Source: Chara braunii (taxonomy: Eukaryota > Plantae > Charophyceae). Taken from it: a stretch of DNA of 59,721 nt. This document shows positions 22,400-34,678 of the stretch, one piece after another (position 1 is the stretch's first letter; each line of letters begins with the position of its first letter). Where the stretch lies: positions 3,768,753 through 3,828,473 of the forward strand of contig BFEA01000012.1 in assembly GCA_003427395.1 (NCBI GenBank). The letters are read 5' to 3'. A program made the position numbers and the translations under genes. Under the pieces are notes generated by a model. It did no database searches and had not been told where the DNA came from. It saw only the letters and a list, made by a program, of their open reading frames with translations.

Positions 22400-23910
22400 A
22401 GACCATGCATTCAATATAGCGCCAATGGCTGCAAAATGAACATATAGTGTCAGAATGTGGAAGGTGCCTGCAATCAGGAACGGAGGGACAATCCTTTACA
22501 TACATAGATGCAGAAACCATGTCATTATAGTGATTGTGATAGAGACGATGGTGGCTACAACTGAGTGTGACAGTGCCTGTAGTTGTGCAAAGAAAAATGT
22601 CGCAGAGTGTCGATACATTGTTCTAGTGCAGCACAAGGTCAAAGGAATGATGTTCGATTTTATTTATTTATTTATTTTTTTTAACAAAACTTGCGGGAAC
22701 TGTCAGGTGTGGTGATAAGAGCACCCAAACCTAGTAGTCTTCGCTGGTAACTCCATTCTATTGGTGGTGAGATGCACCTTCTGCAAATCAGGTCCAGCGT
22801 TCCTGATACATAAGTTTAGATTGACCAATAACCAAGTTTGCAGATTGTTACCGGCCTCTTCAGTCCTCACCGGATCCCCAGATATGCCATGCAACCAGAC
22901 TATTATAAGCCTTGTTGTCTTTAGCGTGAACTTGAAACCAAATGGTACTAAATCTAACATAAAAGTTGATAAAACTGAATCTTATCAACAAAGGAAAGTT
23001 TTTTTTTTTTTGGATGATAGTCTTGTACTTATCAATGTTTTGACTGCACTCTGTACAATGTGGTGGGGTATTCTTGTAGCTTGTAATCCCTGACCCTGAC
23101 CGCAGTGAGAACGAAGTCCCGATAAACCCTATCCCTTAACCCCTCTCCCTCTTGCCTAAACCCTTTCCCCACTCTTATTTTCTGCTCTTCGCATGAGACA
23201 CACCTCCATTCCCCTTTTCTAGGTGGTTCCATACCCCGAAGGTCGTCCTATCCGTCCTTTCATATGTTCCTCCGTACCAAGTTACTACCAACCCATCTCT
23301 ACCAAACAATTTGACGGGGGGGGAAGGGGTCAGGGAATGATCTTCAACATAAAATAGATTGCATACAATTTGGTGTGGCAAGAAGACAACATCATTATGT
23401 AAGAAATCAGTAACATCGGTCATGACATGGACCATGATGCCATTGTTCCACAACTCTCAATGGTCAGAGGTACGTACAATGATCATGGGGCGACAGGTTT
23501 GTGCACAATGCAAGCAGAGATGTGTGACGAAGGATTAAACCACTTACATCCTCGAGCATTGGGTAGCTCAAGTTGGCGGTCCCTCATTAGTACTTGTGGG
23601 AAATCGATGGTAAAGCCTCTTTCCCTAATATAATTACAATCCTCTGGCTGTAGGCGCGGGAGATCGACATCTCCCCGAAGGGCGATTGGAAGCAAGTCTG
23701 ATGTTGTATAAAACATGCAGTGAATGTGAAGACATATATTAGTTGCAGTCAGACTGCAGAGATTGGTGAGGATCTCAAGCTCGTGTGTCAGATGCTGGCC
23801 AACAATTTGCAGACCACCCAGTTGGTGTTGCAATCCCAAAATGTCTTGGGTTGCTTTCTGGTTAGTCATTTTGCAGATCACCCATGCGGTTTGGGCGTGG
23901 CGGGGCACAA
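22400..23910 (-). pseudogene. Highly decayed ORF remnants, possibly a Ulp1-like protease and PHD-finger pieces
   Basis: DLPRLQP..IDF..CKWFNPS..LYVPL..SWS resembles the C48 motif order. PPRKGEWRCVSC and ICSFCSHWRYIEC resemble PHD halves, but they occur in the wrong order for a single finger. Confidence 0.3.
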
Positions 23911-24439
23911 ATTTTGTGGCTCATCCAAACGATGTTGGTCGACCATTAATAAATCCCCCATGTATTTTTCGCCTTGTCGGGTTAATTGCAATTCGGGTTG
24001 ATCATGTTTTAATCCCTCAATGTTTGGGGCCGCATCCTAAGTATGGACTGTCCTTGGAATCAGGAGTGTACTCTGGGCAGGGACCACATCCAGTTGTACA
24101 AGTGAGTCATGAATTTCTAATGTTGAAAGGCATAAAAAATGGTGATGTGGTTGCCTGCAAGCAATTGAACTGTCTATAGGAGGCATAAGAGCGGATATTG
24201 TAGTTTAGAACAAAGGTATAGCAACAACCTGTGGAACAGGCACAAAAAGAATTGGGCCAAACAAAAAAACAAGCTGCTGATCCTCGGATAAGTGACAACG
24301 TCGAACATGTCGTCGATGATATATATATAAAAAAAAAACAGTGGTATTGCAAATAGACGATGAACATGTCCCTGACAACCAAGGTGGAAAAATGGAAACA
24401 ATGGAAACCGGAGAGTCTGTTCTCAAGCAGTAGAATCCG

Positions 24440-25285
24440 CCATGAACTTAGCCTCCAATATAAGAAGAGGAGGAACTGAAGATCGAAGGAGCGCAAACCT
24501 TCTTCTTTGTGACTATGGCCCCGGGTCATACAACCACTCGTACACACACACCTTCCTTACCCTGGTACTGGTGATCCCGGCCGCCACATACCAACCTCAC
24601 CCGACAGTAATGGTCACCCCGCCAACTCATCTTCTACACCCACTTGCCTAGATCCCTTAGTCTGTCACAGCCACCCGGCGCACAACCTTGCAAAACTACA
24701 ATCGGCTCATGAAGACTTTTCGACTCGTCGTAAATACGCATCATCTAGCCACGACTTCCCGGAAGCTGGCAGATGCTCGCAGTTCGTCGCGGCTACCTGA
24801 CGCATAACCTTGCAAAATTACAGTCAGCTTGTCAGGACTTTTCGACTCGCCGTACATACACATCATCTAGCCACGACTTCCCGGAAGGGTACTAAAACAA
24901 GGTAGAAGTTGTGAGCACACAGGTAGATCTAAGAACCAAAATCGGCTATCCACCATGAACTTAGCTTCCAATATAAGAAGAGGGGGAACCGAAGATCGAA
25001 TAAACCTTTTGCTCTTTGACGATGGCCCCGGGCCATACAAGCTGATACAGCCACTCGGACACACACCTTCCTTACCCTCGTACTGGCGATCCCGGCTGCC
25101 ACATACCAACCTCACCCCATAACAAGCGTCACACCGCCAACTTAACTTCTACACCGACTTGCCCAGATCCCGCAGTTCGTCGCAGCCACCCAGGGCACAG
25201 CCTTGCAAAACTACAGTCAACTCGTTAGGACTTTTCGACTCGCCGTACATACACATTATCGAGCCACTACTTCTTGAAAGTTGGA
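24440..25285. repeat. Direct tandem duplication (~510-bp period) with an internal ~120-bp sub-duplication
   Basis: CCATGAACTTAGC.TCCAATATAAGAAGAGG at 24440 and ~24953. CTTTTCGACTCG occurs three times. Confidence 0.85.
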
Positions 25286-27141
25286 AGATGGGTTAAGCGA
25301 GAGTTGTACGGATGCGCGTGTGGATTTATAGTTGCGAAGAGGAGGATAGAAGATGGGAAGGAGCGGGGTGGAGGTAGGAGAGGGGGGAAGAGAGAATTCG
25401 GGTAAATCGCCTAGGGAAAACCCTATCGATCCCTGCGGGTTCCTTGCAGCCAATTAGATTACAACATGAGGGGAGTATCCTCCTTACATGAAGTCGTCTG
25501 ATGGTTTGAATACCCTGAGGGGGGGGATCGGTAGGGAGTTGCTAAAGGTAGGAAGAAGGAAAGCGTGAAGAGTAGTGCGGAGCAGCACCGAGATTCAGTG
25601 GGGGAGAAGTGTGTAGGGAGCGGGGATGGAAAACAGTTACAGATGGAGGAAAGAAGGGGTGAAGAAGAAAAAGGCGAAAATGGGATGGGGATGGTGGGAA
25701 GCGAGGGAAATTTGCATACATGGTGCTGGCAAAGAAACAAAAGACACCAAAAACAGTTACGTTCCGCCCATCCTAGTGTTTTTCTTTTTTTTGGGGTGCT
25801 CACAGGACCCAACCCATTCCTACCTCAACGTTCTTTTTCCTTAATCTAACCCCTGCTTCTCCATCTACTGGGGGAACTGTTGACCCTTACCTCGTGTATA
25901 CCGGACATCGTTGCAGGCACCGACGCTAGGCCAGGACGACCCCTCCCAACCCTAGTTGAAGCACTATCGGGCGAGCCTAGTCATACGGGGCACTTCAGTC
26001 ACCAAGCATGATCGTTAAAACTAATTCAAGATTGAGAAATTCAAAAATGATATCCACGAATGAGATTGGGCGAGGGAAAAATCCTATATTTATTCAGATG
26101 CTGCTGAAAATTTACAGAGTCTTCAAGGACGAATTTAGGAACATTCATTTGCAAGAAAGAACATATCTGCGTGAAACGCGGCCACAAATTCTGGAATTCC
26201 CAACTGCCGATCCAAATTCCTAGCGTGCTTACTAAGGCGCATGTAAGTCCTACGTAACTTCGTGGATCATCGGAAAGAAATTGCGAAAAAGTCCTCAAAA
26301 GAAAAACGACAAGTTTTACAAAGTTTGAGGGCCTCATTAGCCGTAGAGCCCATACATACCACCAACTTAAACAGAAGGGAGATTGAACAAGCGCGGGTAA
26401 CAAAACTCTAGGCTTCGAAAGTTCGCTCAAGTACAAAAGTTGGTACGTCACATCTTGACGGATATAGAGGACATAACTCATGTCGATGGCTATATCACAA
26501 AGTTCCCCCAATTATTGGGGAAACGGGATGTCTCTCTGTTTGTAGTGGTAGAATGGGACCCCAAGTTCCCCTTACCCATCAACAACGAATAGAGATACTC
26601 CCATGAGGGCAAGGAGTTTTCGGTCCCCGTTAGCCACTCTCAAGCTATGTGGTGCTATGCTTGCAAGTTGCAAACATAGAGGTCACTTGTGCACCCCAAT
26701 GACTCATGTCCAAACAATAAAAAAACAAAGATGGAAGGAATGGTCATTCCTCACCCGATTAATGAGAAAGTTGGTTCCTGGAGGAGAAAAAGTTGGAAAT
26801 GGCTCTTCACAATACATGAAGACGGTCGGCCTGGGAAATGGATTTGGCAGGGGACAGGCCAGTTGTTAGCCTTTCCATTCGGGTCCAAGATTCGGATCAG
26901 TAATGGCCAAAAACATAAAGGAAAACAAGGGACCACGCCGGAATACGCAGAGTGTAGAGACAAACCCAAGCATGACACAACCACCGTGGGCACATAACGC
27001 GCCATTGAGGGGAGGTCCGGGTCGTGAGGAAAAAGCGGAGGAAGACAAAACAACACGATGCTCTCCTCTATCCCGACGGATGCTAACGCTGCCTGGACTC
27101 TCCAAAAGATGCATCCCTCCCTTTGCCCGCAAGGACAATAA

Positions 27142-27152
27142 GCTGGATGCCA
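27142..27152 (-). promoter_or_regulatory. Putative primer-binding site TGGCATCCAGC
   Basis: Begins with TGG 2 nt after the shared repeat end CACCG. Partial match to the iMet PBS TGGTATCAGAGC. Confidence 0.35.
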
Positions 27153-27154
27153 AT

Positions 27155-28420
27155 CGGTGTTGAGCGCACGGTCCTTGCTGGGGGGACCTTCGCGGCTGCG
27201 TCACGCAGGATTTGCAAATTCACGAGTCGCTTCACGTAAAGGGAAGTGGCGGAACCGCACCGGTCGAGTGCGCCAGCTATACCTCCATCGAGTCCCTACG
27301 ACAAGATAGGGTCTCACGAGGTACATCTTACCTCTACCCGCAGGAGTTGTCACCATCCCTTGGGTGGGCGTATCCCCACCGAGCTACTGAGCCACTTGCA
27401 GAAGCATTTTCGTGCAATCGCAGAGGTGGCTCAACCGAGGGTGTTTCTCGTGCTCTGTAGCATAGGGGGTCCGTGCGGTCCACGCTTATCTCGGACCATG
27501 TACACGAGCCATCGCGAGGGGTGTTGGTCTCCCACACGCGTTTCGACGTTGGTCGACTAGGACATCCCAACTTAACCACGCGACACACAACGAAAAACTA
27601 GAAAAACTAACTCAAACAACCATGTAAGCCCCTTTTTTAAAGGTTTTTACCCATTACTCGAAAGAAGTTAAACTGTATGAGCGAGGCTCGCGCAAAGTTG
27701 CATAAAACGAATGCGTGCTCAAAGGGGCCCATAACGCTCAGTCATGTGTACTCACTTGATCGACTATCATGGCGACGGTTCATGCGTTACCCACAACCGC
27801 GCAACCTCTTATGGGTTTCAGGGTTGTGCACGACACTCAAATGTCGAAAGCGAAATATCATGAAGGGACCCTCCTTCACAATATTGAACAACAAAGGATA
27901 AGTCGTTCAGCCATTGCGCACCCCTGTCTTCTAGGCAGTGGATGGCAATAGGCAAGGGGCGTAGGTCCGGCTCGTGGGGGAAACTCTTTTGTGCGCGACC
28001 AAAACCTGGGATGTCCTGGTCAAGGACCTCTAATTCCAAGCTTGGACCAATGTCCGGCTAATAATCTAAAAGCAAACATGTTTAAGATGGGGTTCACTCG
28101 TTCCTCCCCTGTGGAAAGACAATAGTGGGGACACTAGGGGTTAGTTCCGGTCTTAGTGGGCAATTCACCTTACCCGAACCGAGTCTAAGTCTAGTCGAAG
28201 GTCGAGCGTTAAACCTTGCGCCTGACCACTCCTTCCTTTTCGCTAGATGCGTGCGGCAGGAGGAAGTGTAAATAAAAAGAAAAAGGGAGGTCTCAAAGAA
28301 AATCGGGGAGAGTCATTCTCACAGCCGCAGTTGAATCTTATCACTCACACGCCGCATTCAATCATCATAATCATCCTCAATTTAAGAACGAACCCTAGCT
28401 CCTATATAAACATGTTATTC
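27155..28420 (-). repeat. Terminal-repeat family copy 3 (structured core 27563-27265)
   Basis: The reverse complement reads GTCCTAGTCGA..CCCCTATGCTAC..GAGAAACACCCTCGGTTGAGCCACCTCTGCGATTGCA..GTGGCTCAGTAGCTCGGTGGGGATACGCCC..GGTGACAAC..CCCTATCTTGTCGTAGGG..AAATCCTGCGTGAC..GCGCTCAACACCG. The upper boundary is approximate. Confidence 0.8.
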
Positions 28421-28848
28421 GTTAAAACAATACATTATTGTGTGTACTATTTTCAAACGAATTTAGGACATATTGTATATTTTGGTGTAGTATTCGAGAT
28501 CCGGACACATCCGGAGCAGGAGTAAAATCACTTTTGAGTTTGAGGACCGCAGTCGATATGTGCAAAGACACAGTCAGAGTTACTTTCGAGTCGTACTTGG
28601 AGTTTAACATCGGACTCATCCGAATCAGAAAAGTATAATGACTTGAACTCACGCGTGTGAGGAGCACATTGCGTTGACGCTCTTCACAGACGATTGTGTA
28701 GATTTGAAGGCCGTTGTTATTGAACATATTCCAGCATAGATAATGTTTCGCATCGGACATATCCGACTTAGAGGAGTAGGATAACTCATATTTATAAGTG
28801 TGAGAAGCAAAATGAAGTGCGGTTCTACACCGATGATTGTGTACGTTT

Positions 28849-28850
<2 letters not shown>

Positions 28851-28939
<89 letters not shown>

Positions 28940-29069
28940 NNNNNNNNNNNNNNNNNNNNNNNNNNNNNNNNNNNNNNNNNNNNNNNNNNNNNNNNNNNNN
29001 NNNNNNNNNNNNNNNNNNNNNNNNNNNNNNNNNNNNNNNNNNNNNNNNNNNNNNNNNNNNNNNNNNNNN

Positions 29070-29102
<33 letters not shown>

Positions 29103-29650
29103 CGTAGCAAACAGCAAATGAGCACTTCACACAGCCGGGAGATCGACAAGACAAGCATCGTACCATCATCCGTCATAATTCATGTTTCAGATGCATCCGA
29201 ACTGTTGAATCAATAGAGTCGTTTTACTCTCTTATATGTACATTGGTTTGGGGTACGGTTCAATCTGCAAATGATTCTAGAAGTTTTTTCCTGGAAATTG
29301 AGGCCCTGTCCAATCATCCAATTTCGTTTTGTTCAGTAGCGCTAGCTTAATTCAAATTTCGTTAGTTTCTAGTACCAATCGGCGCCGCCTTTCGGGGTTT
29401 CCTTCCTTCGCAACATTCAATATTTTCATTGTATTGCCTAATACATAGGAACCAATTAAGAAAGAGAGAGAGTGTGTACAAATGACTGTACTGAATTTTC
29501 TTCCATGTCGATACATCGCACAGGAGACACAAGGTCGAAGAACACGCGAATACCAGAAACCCCGATTTTAAAAGCATTGTGGATAATACGAAGAGAATCA
29601 AGGTATGCGACAGGTGAGGGCAAGCCAAGTTCGGATGCATCCGAGATGAC

Positions 29651-29721
<71 letters not shown>

Positions 29722-30045
29722 CATAGCAAACAACAAATAAGCACTCCACACAACTGAGAAATCGATAAGACAAGCATTGTACCATCATCCACCATATGTC
29801 GAATCAATAGAGCCGCTTTAGTCTCTTATGCCTGTGTTGGTTCAGGGCACGGTTCAATCTACAGTTCATTATCGAAATGTTTTCTCGAAAATTGAGGCCC
29901 TGTCCAATTATCCAATTTTTTTTTCACTAGCGCTAGCTTAATTCAAATTTCGTCACTTTCTAGTACCCATCGGCGCCGCCTTTCGGGGTTTCCTTCCCTC
30001 GCTACATTCAATTTTCTCATTGTATTGTCTAATGCATAGGAACCG
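28851..30045. repeat. (GA)n microsatellites heading a duplicated ~330-bp unit (29101-29452 and 29720-30045); assembly gap 28940-29069
   Basis: TCC.TAGCAAACA.CAAAT.AGCACT.CACACA.. follows each (GA)n, and both units end ..TAGGAACC.ATT. Confidence 0.9.
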
Positions 30046-30668
30046 ATTGTTTGAAGGTTCATTAATGCATAGGAACCGATTGTTTGAAGGTTCATGAAGA
30101 CGGGGAGCCTTGACAACATTTAATGTTGGAAGCAGAAAGCACTGAGCACGGAGGACCAGACCGGCAACCAAATGTAGAAAGAGGCCCGTGCGTTTTTTTT
30201 GCGCTCTGTTTTGCCTCACAATCTTCAAAGTGGAAATGTATAGACGAGTCGAGACAACGGGGGATAGGTGGGATAAAACCATAAAAGATAAAATTAGTAG
30301 GAGTTCGGATGCATTCGAGGATGGTGACAAAACATCACAATGATCACACCACACAAGACATGAAATGACGAAAGCAAGAGAGACAATTATGAAATAGCCG
30401 CCCCAACAATGGGGAATCGTCGGGGATGTTGGTGATAATTGAGAGTCAATTTAGAAGCACAACAATGTGGAGCACAAGCGCGCTGGGGACGTGACAATTC
30501 CACCCGGAGATATCCTGGCAGCGTCAGCCAGTTTACCTCTGAACCAATGCGAGAATACCTACCAGACTCTCGTGAAAAACCAAAAGGAGAAATCAGCGTC
30601 TGCAAAAGACCGAAATGTTCTTCTACACCAACCCTTCTACACTACGTGAACAACAAATAGCTAGACAC

Positions 30669-31315
30669 TCACCTACCAACACTGCAAATCGCCAAAGCTA
30701 GTCTAGTTCTGATAGACGAGACGTGTCTATGGGAGAAACAAAAAAGTGGACGTAAACCTCTCGCTAAACAGGAAGCGAACATCAACAGGAATAGCCCACA
30801 ACGAGCCCCGTCTTGCTGCTGAGGGACACCTTTCACGCGGACCTCGAGTGTGAAGTGGTCGAAAGTGTGACCATCACCGGCGACAATTGCCACCGTGTTA
30901 AAAAAATCAACAGTTTTATCGAAAGTGTCACTAATGAACACGAGAAAAAATCGAAGGTTTCCAAAACACATCTAGACAAGTCAATGGCCAAAAGGCTCCA
31001 GTGTGCCTCGTCCTTGTGCACTGGTGCCAAGACGAGGTTTTGAGATAGGAGGTCGACATCTTTAGCCCATCTGCTGACACTTGTCGGACCTTGCAGCAGC
31101 AATGTAGAGGCGAAGAAAGAGTTGAAGGTGTACATCTTTATGGCATGGGCAGTCCGACCGCAGTCGTCCAGTATCATCGCCATGTAGAAATTGACAACCT
31201 CATTGTTTAGCGCCCCGTATTCATCCACGAGTGTGGCGATGTCCTTGACTGAGACCTGTAAATTGTGTGACGGCAAACGCACAGCGATGAAAGTGAGCGG
31301 CAATCGATAACGCAT
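30669..31315 (-). pseudogene. Ulp1/SENP-family (peptidase C48) protease domain, one frameshift near 30950
   Basis: LNNEVVNFY, TFNSFF, VSRW, APVH..HWSLL, ETFD, PQQQDGARCGLF. Catalytic H, D, Q and C are all visible. Confidence 0.92.
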
Positions 31316-31499
31316 AACGTCTTCAAAGACTGCTCTTCCATCTCGAGGAAACCAGGTTCAACACAAAGCAAGCACAAAGGACAGAGGACTATGAGAAAAT
31401 GTCGCCCTAGTGACCAAAGTCCGACAAACTGCCACTCTGCGGCCCAAAACTTTTACGCATAACGACACCCCTACTTTTTGGACTTTCTATACACAGTTG

Positions 31500-34400
31500 A
31501 TTATGAACTAGCACTGTCCTTCTTTATATCCTTGCAAGCTTCGAGAAGGATTTCCTTGCAGTCCTTCTCGGTAACACCAATTGCCTCTGCAACGAGTTTC
31601 GCGCGTGGACCTATTATGGGCACAACCACCCGTTCGGGAGGCCCCCGAGGCTTCTTATCCCCATAAAGGGAATCAGTGACATCGCCACGTCTAGTGCCTC
31701 CCGCAACCAGGACTGACAACTTCATGGGCGCAGAAGGCTCCTGCAACATGTGCGTTTCTCCACGAGTGCATCAACCTGTACAAGAAATAGCACATCATGT
31801 TCGACTACAATAAGCATCGGTTAAGATATCCACCGATAACGTTCAGTTGGCGGCTGACAACACAACTTCGCAAGAGTAACGAAGCAAACAGCACCTCACG
31901 AACCCCACCGGTAACGTTCAGTTGGCGGTTGTCTATACAACTTCCCGAAAGCAACGAAGTAAACAACACCTCACGAACGGGTTGACGAGCGGGAAGCAAG
32001 CAAAGAAATTCAGTGCTTACCAGGCTTAGCTTCCACGTCACCAGAGTCCACCGATGGTAGTCCCAACACGATTGGCGAACGTCTGCGCGTCGACGCCGCA
32101 ACGACGTGCTCCAAACCACCCGGGAAACGTGATAGGTTTGAGATGTTGGTGTCGATGATCGGAGACGGCATAACTTCTTCCCGATGATGCAAATCCTCTA
32201 TGCCCGCGACAGACAATTTTATTCCGCTCTTCTCCGGACTTAGCGAGTCGAGGTCTACAACGTTAACATGTTGTGATTTCTTCCCAGTGTCGTATTGTGT
32301 CGGGCTCAAGGTCCCATCGATGTCCAATAGCACTTCTTCCCCTTCGAACTTATTGTCCTCGTGCGCAGTGTCTTTGTCGTCCTCACTTAAATACAACAAA
32401 CCATCTTTAACAGCGTCGGAGGCCTTCTTCAGAATATTCTCTCCTATAGCCACATCGTGAAGGCCAGAGTACAAGGGGTCCTCGTAACCCGACACGACTC
32501 GTTGGTCCAACCCGACGGGCCGCATCTCATATCCTGAGTAGTGGGGGGCATGCTCACGTCGCTGGGCTTCGGATCAATCCGAGCCCCAGCGGAATGCAGT
32601 GGCGAGTACCCGTTCGCTTTGTCGAAAGTCGTGACATGTCCACAACCCTTGACACCGTGCAGTTCGAGCCCATCGTCTGTCTGCTTCGGATGCATCCGAA
32701 TTACGACGGTCTCCAAAGCACCATCATCGATCGACATGCTCACGTCGCCCAGGTTCGGATTCATCCGAGTCCCGACGGAGTCTAATGGCACGGACGTGTC
32801 CGCTTTCACCGCAGAAACTGCCAACGAAGCGCATACTGTAACAGGGCATTCCTCTCCGAGTGTGCGGGACTCGAGAATGGAAGTGGGCGCTAACTGACCC
32901 TCAAGGGACTCCATGGCATTGTCTTGAACACCGACTTCAAAACACGAACGGTCTTCCTGCAACTCCTTGGGGACTTCCACACACAACATCTCGGCATCCT
33001 TACACCGATCGGTCGTCGTAGTTGTCACGTGCTCCTGGTTCGGATGAATCCGAATTTCGCCGGCAGGGTGTTCGGAAACCCGACCCGTCCATTCGAGTTT
33101 CGTAGACCGGTGTGCTGTCCTGACGGTATTGGCATCCATGTTCGGATTAATCCGAACTTCCTGATGCGGCGGAACGGAAAATGGTTCTTGGTTGTCGCAG
33201 TTGGACCCGAGGTATGTTGTCGTCTCGCTTCCCACAAGGCACTTAGTTCCAGACAACGACGTCGTTTCCGTGGTTCGGAATGATCCGAGACAATCCACAA
33301 TTTGCGTTTGGACCTGAGCAGGGCAAGTGCCATCTGTCGCAACAACTGTCCCGACAACCAAAGCGATAATATGTGTCGCACTGGCGGAGCTAATTACAAA
33401 GTCCTGTTCGCCAGGCCACGGAATCCACCCAGGCCTAAAGTCATTTCCCGTCTCCATTGAGGTGCTGCGTGTTACCGCCAATGTCGCACCGTCCTCATCC
33501 CCGTCGACGTTGGACCTCTGCCCATCTCCGCTATGATGCCTTTTCTTCTCTCCGCTGTGAGGCTTTTTCTTCTCTCCGCTGCCCTTTTTCCCCTCTCCGC
33601 CACCTTCGTGCTCTGGAGACCGCCGTTTCGCCGAGCGTTGTTCACTCCCCCCCCCCGATCCGTGTTGACCGCCACCATGACCATCCCCTTCGTCGTCCTT
33701 TCCGTGAGACTTGCGCTTCACAACTCTAGCCGTCGGCGTAATCGCAGACAACTCCCAACATGCGTGACATTGTTTCAATGACGGGCTCGACGGAAGGCTG
33801 TAGAACGCAGAGGATACTTCCAACCATTTATTTGACTGCAATAATTCGAACAACGTGTCCGCGTATGCCCGCAGAGCAGGGTCCTCCTTGTGTCATCGAT
33901 TGGCCTCACCCAATTTCTCCAATACCGCCTCGTAGGCTTGAGACTTGAAAATAGCAAGGTCCCAACGATCGTCATATTCCCACCCTCCAGTTATGTCCCT
34001 CACAGCCACTGCCCATTCACCGTCAAGAAGGACTGGCTGGAAATGGTCAGGGTGCTACACGATATCATGGCCCCAATCTTCGACTTTGGAAAAGGTGTAT
34101 TTGTCGCCCATGTGGTAGGACCGTGCAGTATTCAACAAATGTGGATGGTCAGGAGGAGCTGGTTGGCCGGGTTGTAGGCGTTCATGGTGCAGTGTGAGAC
34201 GTAGTGACTCCACCGACGAACTCCTCAGACGGGATAACCCACCCCTCTTGACACGCGCTGAGGAGGACATGGGTGTGGGACCGCCTGAGGTGGGTGTAGC
34301 GAGCAGTGTCCCCGGTTTGCATACTGAGGGCGACTCAAAAATGACTTGGGCGTTGAAGATGGCTAATTGGCCGTCGAAGTCGAAGAGGTCGTCCTCAGCG

Positions 34401-34612
34401 CTCTCCTCCTGCTCAGTGTCGATATTGAAGTCATCCTCCTCGCCAAATGCCAGCCTGTACTTGTCCAAAGTGAAGTCAGCCGGATCGTCCAAACCTTCAT
34501 TGAAGATGACGTATTCCAACCTCTTCATGAAGTCCACTGCGCAGGTCCGACTCGCCCCGTGGTGGCCCTGGAGGACTGCAATGGCGACTTCCTTTCGCAT
34601 CACGTAGTCCAC
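31500..34612 (-). pseudogene. Disordered linker ORFs between the MTase-like and Ulp1 domains
   Basis: Consecutive minus-strand ORFs (34055-34612, 32444-33853, 32010-32525, 31501-31749) with low-complexity charged sequence and recurring R-x-x-P-N/K peptides. Confidence 0.55.
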
Positions 34613-34678
34613 GTCTACTCTCCACTTCGGTTGATGGCTGAAAAGAAAGGAGTAGAGTTGGCGCCTTTTCTTCGGAGT

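Noticed and set aside
28422-29807. SLSLSL/ERERER ORFs, and HTHTHT ORFs at 40127-40713
   Set aside because: Artefacts of (GA)n, (CA)n and N gaps.
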